Below, in pieces: positions 35,863-43,719 of a stretch of 64,000 bases of DNA. The notes under the pieces were generated by a model. The model saw nothing but the letters and a program-made list of their open reading frames with translations. It was not told where the DNA came from and did no database searches. This DNA is from Candidatus Enterocola sp. GTDB lineage: Bacteria; Bacteroidota; Bacteroidia; Bacteroidales; Paludibacteraceae. The stretch lies in assembly GCA_045611845.1 (NCBI GenBank), contig JAZKXZ010000025.1, positions 190,077 to 254,076 on the forward strand, in the 5' to 3' direction. Every line of letters begins with the position of its first letter. The first letter of the stretch is position 1. The position numbers were made by a program, and so were the translations under genes.

Positions 35863-38571
35863 ATGAAACTAAAACTTAAAAATCTTCTTTTGCTGCTTAC
35901 CGCGTTTTTGTTTGTGGCAATGCCAGCGCAGGCAGCAGACCCAGAGAAAAAGGTTATTCTACAAGCCTTTTGGTGGGACTATTGGAATAGTAATTTTGAA
36001 AATTCTTATGCAAACTACTTAACAGAGTTAGCTCCTCGTTTGCGAGAGTTGGATATTAATGCTGTGTGGGTACCACCTTTTGTGAAAAATACAGGTACAA
36101 ACTCTGTGGGTTATTCTCCATTCGACTTTTATGACTTAGGTGATAAATACCAAAAAGGTAGTGTTACTACTCGTTTTGGTACAAAAGATGATGTGCTTCG
36201 TATGATTGCCGTGATGCACGCCAATGGTATTGAGGTAATTGCAGATGCTGTGCTTAACCATACAGTTGGTGCAGGTGGCGAAAATAATGGTGCAGGTGGC
36301 GAAGACCCAAATGCATACGACGATAAATGGAAAAACTTCCGTTACGTTTGTTACGAAACTCCTTATAAAGACGGAGGGCAAACAGACTACTGGAACCGTA
36401 AAGGACGTTGGGCTAAAAACTGGCAAAACTTCCATGCTAACGAAGGTCACTTAAGTAATGATGGAGACTGGTGTGCTGGATATTGGGGCCCTGATAACTG
36501 TTTCTACGAAGGTGCTTATGGACAAAGTTCTAATGTGCAAGGACATAATCCAGTGCAAAGCAAAAACTATATGCGCGACCAAGCTCGTGAATGGATTAAA
36601 TGGTTTAAAAAACAAACAGCAGTGGATGGTTTCCGTTGGGATGCGGTGAAACACTTCCCAGAATGGGCACAACAAGATTTCCTTTATAACGTGAAATATT
36701 CGCTTCCAGAATTTGCTGCTGGTGGTCAAGCTATGTTTAGCGTGGGCGAATATATAGGTAGCAAAAGCGAAATTGATAACTATTGTATGAAGGTGCAATA
36801 CGAAAATGGTGGTAGCGAATTTATGATGGGTGGTTATGACGTGCCTCTTCGTGGTGCCATAAAAAATGGTGTAATAGATAATGGTGGTTATGGAAATCTT
36901 GGTTCTGTGGTAGGCGAGCAAATAGGTATGCGTTACAACGATTACGGCGATGGTCAACGCGTACACCGCTCACTTAACTACATCAATAGCCATGACACTT
37001 TCCGCCCAATTGTAGATGATAAAGGTAACTACAAAGATTGGGATGGATATAACGAATTAGGAGGTCATGCCGATCCTTTCAATTCACGTATGGGTATGGC
37101 GTATGCAACCATTATGGCAATGGATGGTAACATAAGCGTGTTTATGGAAGACTTGTTCAACCTAAGCAATAGCAATCGTTACTCTCATATGCCTGCAGAT
37201 GAAAAGTCACTTCCTGTGCGTGATTATTTGAAAAATCTTATTTGGTGTCACCAAAACTTATGGTTTAAATATGGAGACTATAAGGTGGCAGGTAATATGT
37301 GGGAAAATAATAAAGACATTTCTGGTGACGTGCTAATACTAGAACGTGCTGGTAAGGCTATGGTTATTGTTACCGATGATGGTGCAAATTCTCACGATGT
37401 ATGGGTGGATTCTCACTTTGCTCCAGGAACACAACTTAAAGACTATACAGGTGCTTGCAGTGAAATACGTACAGTACAAAATGATAAACGTGTACAATTA
37501 AAAGTTTCTCCTGCAACTGGCACAGAGGTAGGTAAGGGTTATGCTGTTTGGGCTCCAGTTACAGACGAAAAATGGTTTACATACGCACCATATCGTAATG
37601 CAGTTACCACTCAAGAATGGGAAATGGCAGACGACTTAGGTGATAGCCACTGTAGCTCACTTGGTCAGGGCGGTGCGCTTCCTGCAAACTCTTGCGTGCA
37701 ACGCTTAGTGGGTAAAATCTATGTGGAAAGTGGTAAGAAAATCACTTACAACGTTTATCATGTCGGCAAAAAAGAGGATATCACATTTGCTCTATACGAC
37801 TTAGATGGTAATCTTCTTCATAAGAAAAATGCTTCTGCAACAGTTACTGGCAATTACACTCCAACAAAAACTGGTTGGGTAGCAATGAAGGTTTGGAATA
37901 CCGTGAACACCAATACTGGTCAAAAATGTTGGGTTAACGTATCTTATCAAGCTCCTGCAAAAGTAACTGGCACAATGAGCGACCGCGCAGATACTCGCGC
38001 AAGCATTTGGACTGGTAATGCAGGTACTAGCGTTTGGAGCGAGTGTGGCAACTGGGAACAAGGCAAAGTGCCAACTTCTTCTTCAAGAGTTGTAATTCCA
38101 GACAATGGTGATGTGCGTCCAGTAGTGTCTTCAAATATTACTATTAAAGAACTTATCATTGAAAAAGGTAAAGGTACTGGCGTAGAACCAGACGTAAAAG
38201 TTACAGGCTCACTTAACGTAACTGGCTCTATTACTTGTAACGAAGGCACTGCATTTATCTGCGGTGGCGGTAGAGTGGCAAGAGGTAGCGAGTCTGGTAG
38301 CATAGACTACTGCGTTTCTACTCTTGTAGATGAAATCACTGACGACGAGTTTGATATGTCTGTATTCCCTGTTCCTGCTACAGATATGATTTATGTTCAA
38401 CTATCTAAACCATACGTAGGTGAAATTGAAGTAATAAGTATGACTGGTAAAAAAGTATTATCTGTAGCATCTACCGGCGAAGATATTACAGAAGTGTCAG
38501 TAGCAGACTTGGCGGCCGGAAACTATATTGTGAGACTAGGTAGCCAAGTTAAACACTTTATTAAGAAATAG
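35863..38571 (+). CDS. GH13 alpha-amylase with T9SS C-terminal sorting domain
   Basis: Signal peptide. The GH13 regions are DAVLNH, GFRWDAVKH, GEY and NSHD. The C-terminal ~75 aa (FPVPATDMIYVQL...EVISMTGKKV...LAAGNYIVRL...) match the T9SS type A CTD pattern. Confidence 0.92.
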   Translation: MKLKLKNLLLLLTAFLFVAMPAQAADPEKKVILQAFWWDYWNSNFENSYANYLTELAPRLRELDINAVWVPPFVKNTGTNSVGYSPFDFYDLGDKYQKGSVTTRFGTKDDVLRMIAVMHANGIEVIADAVLNHTVGAGGENNGAGGEDPNAYDDKWKNFRYVCYETPYKDGGQTDYWNRKGRWAKNWQNFHANEGHLSNDGDWCAGYWGPDNCFYEGAYGQSSNVQGHNPVQSKNYMRDQAREWIKWFKKQTAVDGFRWDAVKHFPEWAQQDFLYNVKYSLPEFAAGGQAMFSVGEYIGSKSEIDNYCMKVQYENGGSEFMMGGYDVPLRGAIKNGVIDNGGYGNLGSVVGEQIGMRYNDYGDGQRVHRSLNYINSHDTFRPIVDDKGNYKDWDGYNELGGHADPFNSRMGMAYATIMAMDGNISVFMEDLFNLSNSNRYSHMPADEKSLPVRDYLKNLIWCHQNLWFKYGDYKVAGNMWENNKDISGDVLILERAGKAMVIVTDDGANSHDVWVDSHFAPGTQLKDYTGACSEIRTVQNDKRVQLKVSPATGTEVGKGYAVWAPVTDEKWFTYAPYRNAVTTQEWEMADDLGDSHCSSLGQGGALPANSCVQRLVGKIYVESGKKITYNVYHVGKKEDITFALYDLDGNLLHKKNASATVTGNYTPTKTGWVAMKVWNTVNTNTGQKCWVNVSYQAPAKVTGTMSDRADTRASIWTGNAGTSVWSECGNWEQGKVPTSSSRVVIPDNGDVRPVVSSNITIKELIIEKGKGTGVEPDVKVTGSLNVTGSITCNEGTAFICGGGRVARGSESGSIDYCVSTLVDEITDDEFDMSVFPVPATDMIYVQLSKPYVGEIEVISMTGKKVLSVASTGEDITEVSVADLAAGNYIVRLGSQVKHFIKK

Positions 38572-38624
38572 TTAGGAATTAGGAGTGAGGAGTTAGGAGT
38601 TGTTTCTAATTCTGGGTGTCATAA

Positions 38625-38654
38625 AAATAGGTTAACCAAGCGGTTAACCTATTT
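38625..38654. terminator. Bidirectional hairpin terminator between the amylase gene and trmO
   Basis: Perfect 13-bp stem AAATAGGTTAACC (38625-38637) / GGTTAACCTATTT (38642-38654). It overlaps the trmO stop codon. Confidence 0.75.
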
Positions 38655-39311
38655 TATTTCTATCACTCTCAAGACCTGTTTCTCTACCGTAAACCTAATA
38701 TTCTGCTCGCCATAACAAACGCCGTATACCTTGTTTGGGTCGTGGTGATAGGCAGGGCGAGGGTCTTGAGAAAGAAGGTTGATGATCGTTTCTCTGTTTG
38801 CTTCTGGCAACAATTCTAGGAGCTCATCAGAAATCTCCACTTGTAGTTCCTTCCACTCCACTTGAGTAGAAAATCCACCTTTAGCATCAGGAATGCAGTC
38901 TGTATTTGGTAGATATGGCTTTATGTCAAGGATAGGAGTGCCGTTCATAAGGTCTGCTCCACTCACCCAAAGAATAGGTCCGTCTGCAGTGTGAAGTTCT
39001 ATCTTCTCAATCTTTACACACGAAAGCCCAATATTGTTTGGTCTGTATGGAGAACGAGTTGCAAACACTCCCATACGAGTGTTTCCACCAAGACGTGGCG
39101 GACGCACAGTAGGCGAGAAAGGCACATCTTTGTTCTGAGAAAACTCCCACAGTATCCATATATGCGAGTAGTCTTCCAGTCCTTTATATATCGAAGGGTC
39201 GCGGTATTCCTTAGCAAGCACAATGCGAGACTTCACGCCCACTAGTCCACTCTGACGCGGAATCCCAAACTTCTCCGTAAATATATTTTCTATATGCCCA
39301 ATGTGTTTCAT
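38649..39311 (-). CDS. trmO: tRNA (N6-threonylcarbamoyladenosine(37)-N6)-methyltransferase TrmO (YaeB/TsaA family)
   Basis: IGHIENIFTEKFGIPRQSGLV...GLEDYSHIWILWEF...GVFATRSPYRPNNIGLS.VKI are characteristic of YaeB/TrmO. Confidence 0.92.
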   Translation of the reverse strand: MKHIGHIENIFTEKFGIPRQSGLVGVKSRIVLAKEYRDPSIYKGLEDYSHIWILWEFSQNKDVPFSPTVRPPRLGGNTRMGVFATRSPYRPNNIGLSCVKIEKIELHTADGPILWVSGADLMNGTPILDIKPYLPNTDCIPDAKGGFSTQVEWKELQVEISDELLELLPEANRETIINLLSQDPRPAYHHDPNKVYGVCYGEQNIRFTVEKQVLRVIEIK

Positions 39312-39510
39312 AAGTTTTAGTATTTTGAATTGACCGCAATTTGCGACCAGTTAATTTACTAACTTTATCTCTGAATGTTGCAAAGGTAGTGAAAAATAAG
39401 GAAAATAACTAACTAGAGTGTTATGTGCAAATTTTGCACATATGATATTCCTACCCGCAGATAACTCATTTTACCAACTATGCGTAGGGACGTAGCGTGC
39501 TGCGTCAGTG

Positions 39511-40422
39511 TTATAAAATGGTACTTGGTGGAATGTTCAATTTAGAAAACGCAAAAAGTTTTTTGCCGAGGTCTTTTAGCGAAGCCCCGATGTGATACAC
39601 TTCTGTGTCGTCAATGATTAAAAACCTATCGTGCGACGTGCTGTGGTTATGTATGTTGATTGGAGAATATTGCCTATTGTGTTTTTGTAAATCCTGTCTA
39701 AGAGTTTGTGAGATAGGGTAGGTGTAAATGTCGGCTGTGACTCCAGACTTGCGTTTACTCAACATAAGTAGCACCGATTCATCAATGTAGTTGTCGATAA
39801 GCACCAAACTTTTATTTGCCGACTTAATCAAATCCGTAGCAAACTTATACGCATCAAAAATCTGCCCGTTGTGGAAAATACCTTCGATAGGTGGAAGCGA
39901 AGTGCGAACGAAGAAGTCGATTTTGTCTTCGTGTTTGTCAAGTATAGCTCTATGTTCTTTGAGTTGCTCTTCTATCAACTCAAACTTGTAATTTAACGCG
40001 TGTCCACGCAATAAATATTCTTTTAGGACCTTGTTAGCCCACTGGCGAAAAAGAGTTGCATTTTTGCTATTTACTCTATATCCTATTGATAATATGGCAT
40101 CTAGATTATAAAAACCTGTATTATAAATCTTACCGTCCTTGGCAGTATATTCCAAAATGGAATAAACTGAATTTATGTCAAGTTCTTCTGAGGTAAAGAT
40201 GTTTTTTAGATGTTTAGATATAGCCGGTTGCCCAACTCCAAAGAGGTTTGCAATCTGTGCTTGCGTCAACCACACCGTGTCATTCTCCAAACGAACTTCG
40301 AGACTAATAGTATCGTTCGGACGATAAAGGATAATTTGATTTTGTTCTTTTGCGGAAACTTCGTTAACATTCAATGAAGTCTCTTTCTCTGCAGTTTGCT
40401 TTGCTTGTAAATCAGTTTTCAT
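39511..40422 (-). CDS. rhuM: RhuM family virulence-associated protein
   Basis: ILYRPNDTISLEVRLENDTVWLTQAQIANLFGV.QPAISKHLKNIF...GFYNLDAILSIGYRVNSKNATLFRQWANKVLKEYLLRG is the conserved RhuM N-terminal region. Confidence 0.85.
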   Translation of the reverse strand: MKTDLQAKQTAEKETSLNVNEVSAKEQNQIILYRPNDTISLEVRLENDTVWLTQAQIANLFGVGQPAISKHLKNIFTSEELDINSVYSILEYTAKDGKIYNTGFYNLDAILSIGYRVNSKNATLFRQWANKVLKEYLLRGHALNYKFELIEEQLKEHRAILDKHEDKIDFFVRTSLPPIEGIFHNGQIFDAYKFATDLIKSANKSLVLIDNYIDESVLLMLSKRKSGVTADIYTYPISQTLRQDLQKHNRQYSPINIHNHSTSHDRFLIIDDTEVYHIGASLKDLGKKLFAFSKLNIPPSTIL

Positions 40423-40621
40423 AATTAGTAAATAAATTTCTAATTCTTTACAGAATTAAGTTAATAATAAAGTTTCTCTCACACATATTCTCACCTTACT
40501 ACTTCGGCAGTGGGGGCTACCTCTGGTTTTTAATTTTCAGCAGTGATACAAAGATAGTAAAAATAAGTGGATGGCAGAAGAAAATAATTGGTAAAAACTT
40601 GTAAAATCTCAATCGAATGCG

Positions 40622-40629
40622 TAATTTTG
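40622..40629 (+). promoter_or_regulatory. Candidate -7 promoter box TAATTTTG for the structured RNA / HEPN locus
   Basis: Exact TAnnTTTG match on the plus strand, ~115 nt upstream of the long hairpin. Confidence 0.3.
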
Positions 40630-40744
40630 TCCTGATGGTCCACGTCGTTTTTATTGGAGTATAAAAGGGTGGGCTAATTTAAATATTTATAGGCGTCTTT
40701 AGACGTTTTGTAGTTGGTTTCCTGAATCTCGCAAATTCTAAATA

Positions 40745-40909
40745 TCCAATCTCTACAAAGCAACAGAAGATGTCCTACGGGTATGTATATATGGGTATGG
40801 TGTATCTATGCCTCTACATACGGCGTGGGCTTCGTGTTGCAAGTTTCAGATTGGAGGCAATGCGAGAGCCTTGGAAGCGGAACTGCAACAATGGAGTCCC
40901 GCTTTTTTT
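40745..40909 (+). ncRNA. Candidate structured RNA (long nested hairpin plus intrinsic terminator) upstream of the HEPN ORF
   Basis: Nested stems are 40745-52/40848-55 (TCCAATCT/AGATTGGA) and 40760-69/40830-40 (GCAACAGAAG/CTTCGTGTTGC, one bulge). Inner stems are 40774-78/40825-29 (CCTAC/GTGGG, one G-U) and 40781-87/40815-21 (GTATGTA/TACATAC). A terminator hairpin at 40877-84/40895-902 is followed by T7 (40903-40909). I do not recognise it as a known RNA family. Confidence 0.35.
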
Positions 40910-40947
40910 ATGTGGGTATGGGAAGGAGTAATTAAATAATATTGTTT

Positions 40948-41364
40948 ATGGGTAAAACACAAAATAAAAATAATCTATCAAAAGAGGATGTAAATTCTTT
41001 TTATAACTATTTATGTCTATATGAAACTGAAATAAAACAACAATATGGACAATATAATTTTGAGCACTCAGATTTTATAAACTTTTGTAGTAAAAATAAA
41101 ATTGAACGAAAAAATCGAAAATCCAAATTAGATAATAAATTTTATTTTGAAACTTTCCAAAGAGATAAAATCAATGACAAGGCTCATCATTTATTGCGTC
41201 ATATTAGAAATTCTGTAGCACATGGGTTAGTTCAGAAAAAAGGGAAAAATTTTATTTTACGCGATTTTAATAGAAATAATAAAGAAACAATGTATGGTTG
41301 TATAAGAGTAGATCTTTTTTGGAACTTTATAAAAGAATTGATAGCAACAAGTAATAAAAAGTAA
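40948..41364 (+). CDS. Small HEPN-domain protein (Rx4H motif), putative RNase toxin / abortive-infection effector
   Basis: 138 aa from the ATG at 40948; the track's 40942 start is TTG. HHLLRHIRNSVAHGLV contains R-N-S-V-A-H, the Rx4-6H HEPN catalytic motif, in an RNxxAHG context as in Abi_2/AbiD-F-like and pEK499_p136-like HEPN families. Confidence 0.55.
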   Translation: MGKTQNKNNLSKEDVNSFYNYLCLYETEIKQQYGQYNFEHSDFINFCSKNKIERKNRKSKLDNKFYFETFQRDKINDKAHHLLRHIRNSVAHGLVQKKGKNFILRDFNRNNKETMYGCIRVDLFWNFIKELIATSNKK

Positions 41365-41371
41365 AAATGGT

Positions 41372-41659
41372 ATGAGTGATATAAAGAATAAAACTGGCTT
41401 CTATAATTCATTGAATTATACAGTATTAAGCAAAAACGAGTTAGCTAAAATACATAATTTTGAACAGTTTAAGGAAATTGTTGAATTATCATTCGGATAT
41501 GAAAAAATCTATCAGCGTTACATTTGTATATATAATGATAGTTATTCGTGTTCTGTAATAAAATCAAGAAAAGACATAATAGATGATGTTGTATCAAATG
41601 AATGTGCCTCTAAATTTGTCAAAGAACAAACAATGTGGGTGAATGAAATAAAAGAGTAG
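41372..41659 (+). CDS. Hypothetical 95-aa protein, likely co-transcribed partner of the HEPN protein
   Basis: It starts 8 nt after the HEPN ORF stop. It has no recognisable motif and, in particular, no MNT nucleotidyltransferase motif. Confidence 0.45.
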   Translation: MSDIKNKTGFYNSLNYTVLSKNELAKIHNFEQFKEIVELSFGYEKIYQRYICIYNDSYSCSVIKSRKDIIDDVVSNECASKFVKEQTMWVNEIKE

Positions 41660-41786
41660 ATGCTATCTAAAATTATATAGGAGCAACCCGAAACACCTTT
41701 AAGGGAGTAGGTATTGTTTGAGTCTATTTGAAAGAAATAGTATAAAGAAATAACTATTATAATAAACTTTATAAAATACATATATT

Positions 41787-43613
41787 ATGAAACGAATTTT
41801 ACTTTTATTTTCTGTTATTATGTTATCATGTATAGCACTCTGGGCATACGATGTAAAAATAAATGGAATCTACTACAATTTGGATGAAACCAATAAAATA
41901 GCAGAGGTAACCTATGAAAATTTAAGACTTCATTTTCAGGGTAAATATTCAGGAAGTCTTACTATACCATCTTCATTTACCTATAATTCAACTACCTATG
42001 CTGTTACCTCAATAGGAGAATATGCGTTCAATTATTGCCAGAGTTTAACTTCAGTTACTATTCCTAATAGTGTAACTTCAATAGGAAAAGAAGCATTTGT
42101 TGATTGTGTTAATTTAACAAAGGTAAATTACTTAGGTACGGTAGATGAGTGGGTGGAAATTGATTTTGAAGGTTATCATTCTAATCCTTTTTACTATGCA
42201 GATGACCTTTATATTAATGGCGAATTATTAACCAATGTTATAATAACAACAGCAGATTCTATTATGGACGATGCATTTAGTGGCTGTCAAAGTATTAAAT
42301 CTGTAGAAATAGGTAATAGTGTCACCTCAATAGGCGATTATGCGTTCTCTGGTTGTAGTGGTTTAACTTCTGTTACTATTCCGAATAGTGTTACGTCTAT
42401 TGGTTCAAGCGCATTCTATGGTTGTAGTGGTTTAAGTACAGTGACTATTCCTAATAGTGTTATTTCTATTGGTGCTCGTGCGTTCTATGGTTGTAGTGGT
42501 TTAACTTCGGTTACTATCCCTAATAGTGTTACCTCAATAGAACAAGAAGCATTTAGTGGTTGTAGTGGTTTAACTTCTGTTACTATAGGAAATAATGTCA
42601 CCTGGATAGGCGGTGGTGCGTTCTCTTATTGTAGTGGTTTAACTTCTATTACTATTCCTAATAGTGTTACCTCAATAGGTTATGGTAAGTACACGGGTTG
42701 TGCGTTTCGTGGTTGTAGTAGTTTAACTTCTGTAGTATGGAATGCTAGGAATTGTGCGAATTTTGAAGACGAAGAATCATCGCCTTTTTATAATGAAAAA
42801 GGCTCAAATATTACTTCATTTACCATTGGAGATGATGTAGAAACTATCCCAAGTTATTTGTGTAATAATTTGGTTAATCTTAAGAATTTAATTATAGGAA
42901 GAAATATTAATTCTATTGGAAATTATGCTTTTGAGGGTTGTAAAAATTTAGAAAGAATAACAATTTTTAATGAAGAGGTGCCAATGGCGTCAAATAATTC
43001 ATTTGACAATTATGAAGCTAATTTATATGTGTTATGTGACGCATATGCTGATTATTATTTTGATAATCCTTTTGGATATTTTAAAGTACAGTGTATAGAA
43101 GCAGATAAAATAGAGAATATAAGTAAAATAGATGTGGATATAGATGAAAATAACAATGTAATAATTTCATGGCCATCAGAATTTGGAGCGGAAAATTATG
43201 AGTTGATTATTTCTAAAAATATTGAAAGTATTAAGCAATATAATTTTGATTCAAAAGGTCAGTTATTATCTATTGATTCTAATTATCGTTCAGCTCAAGT
43301 TGGTTATAGTTTTACTGTATCTGGATTAGATAGTGGTAATAAGTATAATTATAAGATAATAGCTTTAGATAAAAATGGAAATATATTAAAAGAATATGTA
43401 GGGGAATTTGCGTTAAAAGAAATTGTCGAGATTATTGAAAATCTAGCAGATGCAAATATTAGTATAATAGACGGTCTAATAACTATTGCAGACACTGATT
43501 TTAGTATATATAACATATCAGGTCAAGATGTAACTAGTTATAATGGGAATCTGTCTCCAGGTGTTTATATTATTAAGAATGAAGAAATAATAACTAAAGT
43601 TATGATAAGATAA
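41787..43613 (+). CDS. BspA-type leucine-rich repeat surface protein with T9SS C-terminal sorting domain
   Basis: Signal peptide. There are at least 8 repeats of the type VTIPNSVTSIG..AF.GCSGLTS (LRR_5/BspA). The C-terminus FSIYNISGQDV...LSPGVYIIKNEEIITKVMIR resembles a T9SS CTD. Confidence 0.88.
   Translation: MKRILLLFSVIMLSCIALWAYDVKINGIYYNLDETNKIAEVTYENLRLHFQGKYSGSLTIPSSFTYNSTTYAVTSIGEYAFNYCQSLTSVTIPNSVTSIGKEAFVDCVNLTKVNYLGTVDEWVEIDFEGYHSNPFYYADDLYINGELLTNVIITTADSIMDDAFSGCQSIKSVEIGNSVTSIGDYAFSGCSGLTSVTIPNSVTSIGSSAFYGCSGLSTVTIPNSVISIGARAFYGCSGLTSVTIPNSVTSIEQEAFSGCSGLTSVTIGNNVTWIGGGAFSYCSGLTSITIPNSVTSIGYGKYTGCAFRGCSSLTSVVWNARNCANFEDEESSPFYNEKGSNITSFTIGDDVETIPSYLCNNLVNLKNLIIGRNINSIGNYAFEGCKNLERITIFNEEVPMASNNSFDNYEANLYVLCDAYADYYFDNPFGYFKVQCIEADKIENISKIDVDIDENNNVIISWPSEFGAENYELIISKNIESIKQYNFDSKGQLLSIDSNYRSAQVGYSFTVSGLDSGNKYNYKIIALDKNGNILKEYVGEFALKEIVEIIENLADANISIIDGLITIADTDFSIYNISGQDVTSYNGNLSPGVYIIKNEEIITKVMIR
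42351..42730 (+). repeat. Tandem 69-nt (23-aa) coding repeats inside the BspA-LRR gene
   Basis: GGTTGTAGTGGTTTAACTTC.GTTACTATTCC.AATAGTGTTAC.TC.AT.GG recurs with 69-nt period starting at 42351, 42420, 42489 and 42558. Further degenerate copies lie on both sides. Confidence 0.85.
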
Positions 43614-43719
43614 AACGTTGTTATTTAATATGTGTTTCGAAATTGTGGGACATGTCTCACATATTGTGTTTTTGGAAAAGTGTAGAAAATACGGACAATG
43701 CACGCATTGTCCCTACACG

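Noticed and set aside
38571-38602. A degenerate tandem AGGAGT(T/G)-type simple repeat (GTTAGGAATTAGGAGTGAGGAGTTAGGAGTTG) after the amylase gene. A related inverse string lies at ~1203-1225.
   Set aside because: It is a short low-complexity intergenic filler directly before a strong terminator hairpin, with no coding or structural signal beyond the repeat itself.
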